In this document: positions 50,141 to 60,188 of the stretch, piece after piece
Layout of the letters: the number at the start of each line of letters is the position of its first letter
How positions within the stretch are numbered: the first letter of the stretch is position 1
Source of the DNA: Octopus bimaculoides
Taxonomy: Eukaryota
Assembly: GCF_001194135.2 (NCBI RefSeq)
Contig: NC_068990.1
Coordinates: forward strand, 85,896,660 to 85,956,847
Direction of reading: 5' to 3'
Length of the DNA: 60,188 bases
The notes under the pieces: model-generated
Told to the model about the DNA's origin: nothing
Seen by the model: the letters and a program-made list of their open reading frames with translations, nothing else
The model's database searches: none
Translations under genes and position numbers: made by a program

Positions 50141-51899
50141 GCTTCTTTCAATTTCTGCATACCAAATCTATTTTAAAAAGCTTTCTTTGGCTTGCGGCGT
50201 TATTAGAACACACACACACTTGCCTAAGGTGCCCTGCATTGAGACTGAACCCAAACTCACTTTGGTTGGAAACTGAGCGTATCAACCACACAGCCTGTGC
50301 CAAGACACATGATTAAACGAGAGCACTTAAGAGCAATGTGTATTGTATTCAGAATGTTTTGTTTCTATAGATCATGTCGAAAATGTTCACCTCTCGTTGG
50401 TATTTCTTTACTATTTCGTAATTAGATTCTAACACAGCCTTATCCAGTTTTGGCTGAACTAAAAGGTCACTTATATAATCCTCCCTGTATGTTTTGTATC
50501 GTTTGTCTTTGAATATTGTTTGTTTTTCTTTCTTTCTGTGTGTGTTTCTCTGCATTTGGCTTTGTGTGTATGTTGTGTCTCTGTTACGTTTTTCTCTTTG
50601 TGTATGCGTGCGTCTGTGTTTCTTTGTGCAGGCTTGTTAACACCATTTGTTGTTTCCCACTATCTTGGGAGGGTGGGCTCATTGTGACCATGACTGGAAC
50701 ATTAAGTAAATGTCTTCTTCACCAAACTCTTGTTTTCTTTACTCACTTTCTGGTTAATTCTAACGATAACTGCTTATTTAGAAACTGACAGTATAATTAA
50801 CCAAGTTTATCTGTGAAAATCACTGAGAAATAAATAAACACCAACCGAACAACTTTGGTTAATTGTTCAAACTGTTACATCCAGCATGAATTGATTTATT
50901 CTTTTACTGATGTCAGCCATCTGGTTGCAGTCATGCTGAGGGTACCATATTTATAACATCAACAACAAGTGTATGCATACATACATTTATTGCATATACA
51001 TGAATGTGCAGGGCTTCTGAGAAGAATTTTATCAGTGTACAGAGTTCTTTTTAAACTCCTCCTCTTCTGTATTCAATAAATGCAATACGCATAACGGGTC
51101 TGATATACCTACTTGAGTCCAAAAAAAAAAAAAAATCATACACCGATCAGTTATACAGGTCAGACATCCTGCAGATGTGAAAATTTCTTTGAAAATCAGT
51201 GAGAAAAAGAATATATCTGAAGCTGCTTTTCTACCCATATTTATTATTAACATTTATTCCCGTATCATTGGTGTACTTTGCTAGCACTGACCTTGAAAAG
51301 TTAGGGTTTTCAGGTAAAGAAAGGGATACCTGTACATATTTTACCAGGTAATGCTATTAAGTTAGACATGGCTTTGGCCTATACCGGCCGAAACCCATCG
51401 AAGTTATAATCTATAGATGGAATAGTAAAATGATAGCAGACTTTTTCTAAAGTTCACCATGTCACTCGTATTTAAATTCCAGTGTGAGAGCTTTTTATAA
51501 GAAGTGTCATCTATTGAATGGGTGCACACAAATTTTTTTCTTCTAAAAAAATTTCTTTGCAAATTTCCATTGCGTTGATATATTTAAAAAAAACAAGACA
51601 CAAAACTACCAGGCTTAACTAAAACCAGCTGAAAATTCAAGAAAGCTCAAATACCACCCTCCTTGTAAAGTCTCTGTACTGGAAAGTATTCTATCGCAAT
51701 CAAATGCAGCATGACCCGCTGACAAAGACTATAAATACTCATTTCATTAACAAATTTGGATTAGTGGCCAAGGAAACTAAAATAAATAGATCATGTATGC
51801 TAATTTTCTTGTATGCTCTTGATGTCATACCGTTTAATCAATGTTTTATATTATGAAAAATTTCCCATTGAGCCTTTAATCTCTTGTTTGAAGAAATAA

Positions 51900-52760
51900 A
51901 CTTCATTATACATATACGCGCGCGCACATTGTCTCTTTCTGTCCCCCCCTCTCTCTTTCTCTCTCTCTCTCTCTCTGCGCGAGTAATAATTTTCCGCTCA
52001 ATAATAACGTATTGAATGGCCTCGGCCAGTCACAGTGCAAGGAAAGCCATGGAACAATTACAAAATAAATGAATTGTTTAAGCTAGCATTTATTATTTAT
52101 ATTTATGTATCTGAACAATGTTTTGATCTTAACCAGTTTCTCATTAAATACTCATGATAAATGATACAATACTTTTTTTTTTTTTTTCGAGTTTTCCTTA
52201 AGTACCTTTCTGAAAGGGCCGCTAGCAGTAGCGATGGGGGTGAGAGGGTGCGGTGCGAGCCGGATGATGCTTTTTTGGAGGCGGCACTTTATGGTCTGCT
52301 GCCGATACTTTTCGATTAAAGTAACTTATAACATGTTCGGGAGGTGCCGTGAATAATTGTGTAGGGGACCGGGTGAGGGAAGAGATTGGACCGTCCTGGC
52401 CTTGTACTACAGTTTTTTGTTTTCTTCAGCTTTTGTAGGTTTTAACTTTGATTAGCCATTTTGTTACAGTTTCACGACGGTTCTGTGCAATACTTAGTAA
52501 CCTACAGCTATAATTCATTGGTTACATTAGTTCAGTTGATCGGACATCTACAGTAGTCCGCTTAGAAACCGACAGAGATCCATGTTTTAGCTTTTAACTT
52601 CGTTTCGAATGTGTGTAACCACCGCCTGTTGTAATCGTTTGTGTATCCAGTGTATGTGTGCTTTCTATTAATCTCCAGTGTATCTGTGTGTGTGTGTGTG
52701 TGTATATATATAATCGCTTCTAAGTGTGTTTGATTAGATTGGCGGCAAAGATGAAGTATT
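51900..52760. promoter_or_regulatory. CpG/GC-rich non-repeat island, candidate internal promoter or enhancer
   Basis: Local GC and CpG enrichment after a (CT)n tract; no ORF or repeat match seen. Confidence 0.3.
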
Positions 52761-53152
52761 TTATTTTATTTTATTTTTGTGTGAATACCATTGACTTCTG
52801 AAGTGCTGTGAGTTGTTGTAAAACTGTTTTTAACCTTTTAACCGTGTGAAAATATGAAAGATTAAACTAAAGTAACATTATGTATGAACTGTAATATTGT
52901 GTCAGATGAATAACGAAGCTCTTAACAGGTTTACTGTTTTGATAAGGCTTTTAAAATGTTTTTGCTTAATTTTTATTTTCGTTCTTATTGTTTTATTCCT
53001 CTTTTCTTTTGTGATTATAATTAAAATCTTTCGTGACTGGCAGTTCTAATTGGAAATAAAGCACAGTTTCCATTAATTTTCAAAATAATAAAAAATTCTA
53101 GAGTCAAAATGTAGCCGATATATATGGTCAAAGGTGTCTCAGTCATTTTTCC

Positions 53153-53818
53153 GGTAAATTTTTATTTTAACACCCGCACCTCTGATTTTTTGCTTGAAAA
53201 CAAGTACCCTGACCTCTGAATATGCTGCAAATCCCTTACGCGAGGGGGATATATTTAATAACGAACCATGTAATTCACACTCTGGAAAATTTATTTCTGT
53301 AAAATGTTTTTTTCTCTTAAACACACAAGCTATAGTCCATACATTTAGGGTGTTTTTGAAAGCTACTATGTTTTTTATCTTCAGAATACATATACTTTGT
53401 CACACAACAATTAAGATATATTTATTTTAAATNNNNNNNNNNNNNNNNNNNNNNNNNNNNNNNNNNNNNNNNNNNNNNNNNNNNNNNNNNNNNNNNNNNN
53501 NNNNNNNNNNNNNNNNNNNNNNNNNNNNNNNNNNNNNNNNNNNNNNNNNNNNNNNNNNNNNNNNNNNNNNNNNNNNNNNNNNNNNNNNNNNNNNNNNNNN
53601 NNNNNNNNNNNNNNNNNNNNNNNNNNNNNNNNNNNNNNNNNNNNNNNNNNNNNNNNNNNNNNNNNNNAAAAAAAAAAAAAAAATTCCAGTGATTCCGGGA
53701 TGGAGGGGGGGGGTCCCCCTCTTCCGAACCAAAGTAAGGGATTTGCAGCATATTAGGTCAGGGTACTTGATTCCACGCAAAAAAAATCCGAGTTGCAGGT
53801 GTTAATATAAAAATTTAC
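53153..53818. mobile_element. Fold-back element with ~86-bp TIRs, internal gap
   Basis: 53153-53239 ggtaaattttattttaacacccgcacc...aagtaccctgacc...aatatgctgcaaatcccttac versus its reverse complement at 53734-53818. No clear TSD. Confidence 0.85.
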
Positions 53819-54227
53819 CATCCCCCCCTCGCCCGAGAGTATATGTAGAAAAACATTACATGATGACTTTTTATTAAAGACAATAGGATGTGATTTGGTT
53901 ATTTCTAGTAGGTCAAACGACCGTATAGTATCTCTTCATTGTTAATTCATTTCTTAGTTGTTTTTTCCCTTGTACAGTCACGTCCAAGTATCTTCTTCCT
54001 AAGATGGTAGGATATTAGAGACGTTTGGTTACCATTTATAGCAAGACAAACGAGCACGAAGAGGGTTTTTTACTTGGCGAGGTTATTGCTGCTCCTTTAT
54101 TGCATGTGAAGGGCACATTGGGTAATAATAGCCTTAGGTATCATGAGACAGGATGGTCGTATTTCAGTTGACCTGAGGCACGAGCATAATACGTTTATGC
54201 TGTTTACCTGATGCGTTTTATGTATAC

Positions 54228-54345
54228 CTTTTCCATGCTAGTATGGGTTGGACGGTTCAACAGGAATCAGCAAACCAGCGGGCTGTGCCGAATTCCAGTG
54301 TCTGCTTTGGCATAGTATCTACAGCTTGACGCCCTTCCTTATGCT
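54228..54345 (-). mobile_element. Family C repeat (older copy)
   Basis: ttccatgctagtatgggttggacgg...ctacagcttgacgcccttcct. Confidence 0.65.
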
Positions 54346-55522
54346 AGGCACTTCAGAGTGTACTAGGCGCTGTTTTCAGCACTGCTGAGGACGACCAAGT
54401 ACTCTCAAAACAAGACTCCTCAACCGAGTATAGTATTGAAGATGTAAAAGTATGATAGAGGGACAGGAAGTGGTGTATTGCTAGAAAGGTGAATACATGG
54501 CTTTCCCAACTGGTGAGAGAGAGATGGTGAAAGTATACTCTGAAGATAGAAGGCAAATATGAGAGAGGGAAGCGATAAAGGAACAGAAAAGGTGGGTGGG
54601 TAGGTAAGTGCACTAGTGTGAAAAAATGGGGATTGTGGTGGACAAATACACACACACAAATGCATATGTATGTAGATGTACATACAGAAACGGGTTTCTC
54701 GACAGGTTCTGCCCTACCAAATTTACTCAAAAGGCTATATTATATGTGCCAGACGTGAGCTGTATATACTAGATACTTATTCAGGTAGACTTCAAATCAA
54801 AGCAATGCACTTGCAAAGCAAACTACTTGACTTACAACGCAGTATTACAAACATGACTGACCTTATCTTTTGTCATTCTGGCATCGTGTTACTTCATGTC
54901 AATATTAGGAATATTTATTTATGGCGAATATAGAAGTTGGAAGAAATAAAAGAAAATAATGAATTTAAATAAAAAGTAAATCCAAGTGTGACTAACCTGA
55001 ATTTTTTCTATTCAGTGAATCTTAGTGTGACATGTCTAGCTGAGAAGTAATATTCCCATGTATTGTTACTTTTACCATCCTCTAAGTCACATACATATAT
55101 ACAACCTTTTTTTTTTTTTTAATAAAAGAAATGTTTTAATTGTCCGAACAACAATATTCTCTGATAAATTAGGTCTCTTTGCTCCACTGAGTTGTGATTT
55201 ACGGTTCTAAGTTGGAACCATTTGTGAGCTTTATTCTTCTTCAAAAAGTCAAACACTGTTATGTGTGTTGTGGGAAAGTGGAGTAGGGTTCCTTTCTGCT
55301 CGTCATACAAACAATATGGTTTATTCCTTCTCGGCCTAAGACAAACAAACACTTTTCTTCTTTGACCTAAATTATTATTACTATTATTTAATTTCTATTT
55401 ACCTTGTGCATTGAAATCCTATTAATGTTGACTTTGTCCCCCCCCCCCNNNNNNNNNNNNNNNNNNNNNNNNNNNNNNNNNNNNNNNNNNNNNNNNNNNN
55501 NNGACCTCATTATTTATTATTA

Positions 55523-55870
55523 GGAGGCGCAATGGCCGAGTGGTTAGGGCAGCGGACTCGCGGTTTCGATTCCCAGACCGGGCGTTGTGAGTGTTTATTG
55601 AGCGAAAGCACCTAAAGCTCCACGAAGCTCCGGCAGGGGATGATGGCGAACCCTGCTGTACTCTTTCACCACAACTCTTACTTCCTGTTTCTGTTGTACC
55701 TGTAATTCAAAGAGGTCAGCCTTGTCACACTGTGTCACGCTGAATATCCCCGAGAACTACGTTAAGGGTACACGTGTCTGTGGAGTGCTCAGCTACTTGC
55801 ACGTTAATTTCACGAGCAGGCTGTTTCGTTGATCAGATCAACAGGAACCATCGACGGAGTGCCAACAACA
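55523..55870 (+). mobile_element. Family D tRNA-derived SINE, near full length
   Basis: ggaggcgcaatggccgagtggttag A-box, ggtttcgattcccag B-box, 3' ...gacggagtgccaacaaca. Confidence 0.9.
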
Positions 55871-55881
55871 TTTATTATTAA

Positions 55882-56075
55882 AGGCGACAAGCTGGCTGAA
55901 TCAGTAATATGCTGGACAAAATGCTTTGTGGCATTTCGGCCATCTTTACATTCTGAGTTTAAATTCCACTGAGATTGATTTTGTTTTCATCCTTTCTGGG
56001 TTGACGACATAAGTGTCAGTCAAGTACTGGGGTCGATGTAATCATGAAATTTCAGGTTTTGTACCTATATTAGAA
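55882..56075 (+). mobile_element. Family A SINE directly after the family D copy
   Basis: ggcgacaagctggctgaatc...ctgagtttaaattcc...catcctttctggg...tactggggtcgatgtaat. Confidence 0.75.
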
Positions 56076-56487
56076 AGGATTATTATTATTATTAGTTTTT
56101 GCTGTACTGTCTTCTGCAATACATTGTAGATGTAAAAAACCTGGATTCTATGGAGTTCTGTGCAATATGCATGAATATAAAGCTTTCAATAGGGTTCCCC
56201 TAAATTGTTGCTTGCGGGACTGTCCTCTGTGCAGTTAGTTTCAGTCCTGTGTCCACAAGTTTAATGTCTAGTGGCATCCACACTTCAATGTCTTGGTAGT
56301 CAGATCAAATTGTTCCCTTGTTATTTAAAATCATGCCCAGTCTAGCAAGGGTGTCCACTCTCATTCTTTTTGTATCTACGAACTCTTCAGCTACTGCTGC
56401 AGAAATAGGAAAGTGGAGGGGGTAGTCGATCCGGACTAGGACATAGAAATAGCCACGTTAAAATGTGATCAATGTCACTTTTAATGG

Positions 56488-56625
56488 GGTGGTTGGTGTT
56501 AGGAAGGGCATCTAGCCGTAAAACCATGCCAAAACACAATAAGCCTGGGGGTGGTCTTTTACCTGGCTGGTTCCTGTCAAACAATCCAACCCATGCCAGC
56601 ATGGAAGACAGACGTTAAATGATGA
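56488..56625 (+). mobile_element. Family C repeat (older copy)
   Basis: gtggttggtgttaggaagggcatctagccgtaaaac...ccaacccatgccagcatgga...cgttaaatgatga. Confidence 0.7.
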
Positions 56626-59600
56626 GATGATATACACTTGAGAAATCGAGAAACTGGCCCCTACGCTTTTTATGGAGTAATGTGGATTGATCATGAAGTC
56701 ACAAGTAGACAAATCCTATCTATATCCCAGTGGAATACACAAATGTGACAGCTAGAAGGGGGGCGGGCAGCACCAGCACTTGGTTCGTACTTATTTTAGT
56801 GAAGTAAATGGTGAAATAGAGTAACTTGTTCAAGGACACATGCAGCCTGGTTTAGGAATGGAACTCACAACCTTATCATGAGCTCAATACCCACTAACTA
56901 TCACACAATGTGATTTCACATATCTTTAATTAAAACACTACACGAGCAAACTACTTTCAGCATTTAGTTGCATCTCTTTGTTCTGAGTTCAAATCCTTCT
57001 TGATCTTCGTTTTTTTTTCCATTTATTTTTTTTGTATTAATCCATGAGAGTTTCTGTTTAGCGAAGCATGGCATTTAAACTGTCACTTCCTTAGTTGTGT
57101 AACAGTTTCTGTTCTTTGCTATGACATGTTCAAAGCTGTTTCACTAATTATTTTGTATTTGTGTATATGTATTTATTTTTATATTCATTCAGTTTAAAAA
57201 TAACAATTCTTTAATGTATAAACTATAGTTTTTCCGCTGTAGCATTCTTTATCTTTTTTCCTTTCTATTTTTTTTTTTTGTTTTTTATACATTTTCCTGC
57301 TCCCGCTCTTCCCGTAAGCCATTTGTCTGACGGCCCTTTGTAAATGTGAGCATTTATTCACATTTGTATTGTTGTAGCCAATGTAGAGGTTCTCAAACTG
57401 CTAAATATCAGTGCACCCCACCCACCCCTTTAAAAAAACTTTTTTTTCTTTTAATGAGAAGGCAGTCTGTGTCCCTATAATTAATTTTTCCTCACCGTTG
57501 GGGGGTTGGATAAATTTAGAAGTTTAAACAGCAATTTGTCATTACGCCCTCACAACCTCACCCAACTCCTACCCCAACCTATATCTGTGAAAAACATTGA
57601 GCTTGTGGATTTATTGCTAAAATGTGATGTGGTATGGGAGCTTCTATGCAGTTGCTCAACTTGCAGAAAATAGCAGTCAAATTTTCCTCAAATTCTATAT
57701 TAGGGAAAGGATGCACTGGATAATGTAGCCCCAAATACTTGTAAATATGACGGAATGGTCATGGCTGGAATGTCTTGATGTTTTTTATTATCAGGGTTGA
57801 TTTTTAAGGTTAAGCAATAACTGCTAAAGCACCTGATTGAGAAGCAAGAGTGGAATGGGTTAAAATAGAACACACACACACACGGCTTTATTTGTTGGTT
57901 ACCAAATCCATTCGCAAGGCTTTGGTCAACTTAAGGCTACAGCAGACAGTTGCCCAAATTCTTATGCAGTGGGATTGAACCCAAAACTGAGTGACTGTGA
58001 AGTGAACTTCCTAACTACCCAACCGTACCCGTACCTTCTGTTTCACTTTAATTTGTAGAACTTAGAAACTATCACTCCAAGTTCCTATTTGCAACACTCT
58101 TTTTCTTAATTAATTCTGTCTCACTTTGGAGGCGCAACATCACACCCCAGTGTGCCATTATTACCTTTCATCTGCTGTGGGATGTAGAAGCGCAGTTTCT
58201 CTTTGTCCAAAGGAAAATGTTGGTATGCTAAATCTTGGGCCCACCTTTTTACCATTTCTGGTAATGCCTGGTAGCCACCAACTGAAGAAGCTACAGTCGT
58301 AGAAGACTGATCACATAATCATTGTGCTAACATGATTTCTATTCATGTCTAGTTTGTCTTGAATATAATTTCAGATATAATTTGGTGAGAAATTAGAATT
58401 TAAACCTTGTTTAGCATTTGCACGCACACACACAAAACAGAATTTTTTTTTTTATACCTGTCTATCTGTTTGTTCACCTGTCATGTTTTAGTTGAAAAAA
58501 AAAGAAGAAAAAAAACCATTTCTTGAATTTCTCACACTCTGAAAAAACACTCTTTATTATATCTGCACATTTTATCTGTGTTTAAAAAGTAAACTTGTAT
58601 ATTTTTGTCGTACAATTGTTTGGTTAAACCAAAGATAAAATTTAATTCAGCATATTTCAGTTATAAAAAATATTTTATTCAACACTGAGGTGCTGTTGTT
58701 TAGTATAGATTTTATGGAGGGTGGGGAGTATCACTCAAGTAATGAAGTGTGGTATTTGCTATTGAAGTATTGGGTAGTGTGGTGGTTGGGTGCTCTTCAA
58801 GTATGGGATACAAATGAGGTAAGATATAAAGTATTGTTACTTGTCCTGAGGTAATGAAGTGTGTGTTTGTGTGCGATAAGCTTTGTGTTAATGTGTATAT
58901 GATGTGTGTGTGTTTTTAGTAGGGTGTTGGTTTACCACTATAAAAAGGTTTCAGCTTCGCACAGCGTGTGAAATGAGTGTGTGTGAATTAATTCTGACAG
59001 TTTTAATCCGTCTCTAGATTGCCAACAACAGCAACAACCATAAATACCAGGTTCGAATTTAATTGTTACCCATAAGTTAATTGAAATGGTTGAATTTGGC
59101 ATCACAACTAATGGTGGTTAATTAAATAAATGATATTCCTTTCTTGACACTTTGGTTGTTTGTCTAAATTTGAAAATTTCAATAACAAAAAAACAATAGC
59201 AATCAGATTTATATTTGAATCTGCCAGAATGTATAAAAGAATGAATACTTTGGGTTCTTGCTGTGAATTATTAGAAATTGTTTTCATTTAAAGTCTTTCA
59301 AAACATTAATTGATGGAACTTGTATATTCCATTCTCTTACATGTAGTATCTTCTGGCTTCCTGCCTTCTCTCTTTTGCTTTTAACAGTTCCTTGTAGATT
59401 GTGCTGAAAGAAAAAGGCTAGTTTATGTTCTTTTGACAATAAAATAAAATAAAAATAGATATATAAAAAGTACAAAAGAATAAAATGAAGTTAATCTCAA
59501 TGAAATCTCTTCGAGTTCTAATCCAGGTTGAGTTATTTTTTGATGTCTGTCATTTTTCTTTAGATTATGGATCTGTCTGGGTGTAGCTTCTGTAAGATAA

Positions 59601-59784
59601 CAACACTGACTGATAGAATGGTTTAGGTGTTACATATTTTTTCTCTCTTGTTCTTAATTCTATTTATGTCTTCAGTGCTTCTCAATTACCACTTATGGCT
59701 TGCTAGAAAATTCCCTCTCCGTCTTATTTAACACAAAACGAAGGATTTAGTTAATTTATTCTCAATTAATAGATTGGTTTCTTT

Positions 59785-60175
59785 TGTAGTGGCGTGTGTG
59801 GCCGCCATCTTGGGAAGTGCCATTGCGCATGTGCAAGGGATTAGCCGTCAACGGAAGTACCCGAGCACGCATGCGCAATGCAACAGGTGTAGAGAAAGCA
59901 ATAGCGTTCTCTCTCTTATCCATCCAGCAGCTGTGGAGACAGGACGTTCTTTCAGGCTGTCCCAACTCGACCCTGACATGTGGTCGAAGCTTCCTTTGGT
60001 ATCCCAGCGGCATGCCTGTTCACCCAGGAATGAAACGGTTCTACACCAACCTGGAATAAACTATTGATCTGTTGTTACTGTTATCCCTCGTGTTGTTGTA
60101 TTTCTGGATTTTAATGATTAATATAAGAAGTGGGGAGAGGCGGCCAAGCCGTCACATCTCATCCAATTCTTATAA
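59785..60175 (+). mobile_element. 5' LTR (~390 bp) of an LTR retrotransposon (Gypsy-like), element continues beyond the window
   Basis: Starts TGTAGTGGC; gccgccatctt (YY1-like) 59801, tgcgcatgtgca 59824, cggaagt 59852, cacgcatgcgca 59866, AATAAA 60055; followed by a PBS. Confidence 0.75.
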
Positions 60176-60176
60176 C

Positions 60177-60188
60177 TGGTGACCCTCG
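60177..60188 (+). other. tRNA-Trp-type PBS, truncated by the window end
   Basis: tggtgaccctcg versus tggtgaccccg at 26669 (one difference in the visible part). Confidence 0.65.

Noticed and set aside
59762-60067. Three overlapping 83-97 aa ORFs at the window end
   Set aside because: They coincide with the GC-richer LTR, where open frames arise by chance; no protein motif recognised.

Overview
AT-rich, microsatellite- and SINE-dense animal genomic DNA with 10 assembly gaps. The repeat style suggests a cephalopod (Octopus-like) draft assembly; this is inferred, not proven. The only host coding feature I can support is the first coding exon of an afadin/canoe (AF-6) gene at 10363-10470 (+), ending in a GTAAGT donor. 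I found no exon 2, so the remaining ~50 kb is probably intron 1. The rest is transposon material: mariner, hAT and RTE-LINE relics, piggyBac-, hAT-Charlie- and GG..CC-type MITEs, and several dispersed SINE-like families (labelled A-E here, my own labels). The most unusual structure is at 23827-26694. An LTR-like unit (TGTAGTGGC...TACA) carries YY1/ETS/NRF1-like motifs and is followed by a 26-nt complement of the mature tRNA-Trp 3' end. It is split by a ~1.8 kb ORF1/gag-like cassette with no reverse transcriptase, bounded by a 10-bp direct repeat. A distantly related, uninterrupted ~390-bp LTR with a tRNA-Trp PBS sits at 59785-60188. Also notable: a CAGGTR/E-box cluster just inside afadin intron 1, sharply bounded CpG-retaining domains, several fold-back structures, and three gaps flanked by exact duplications that look like assembly artefacts.
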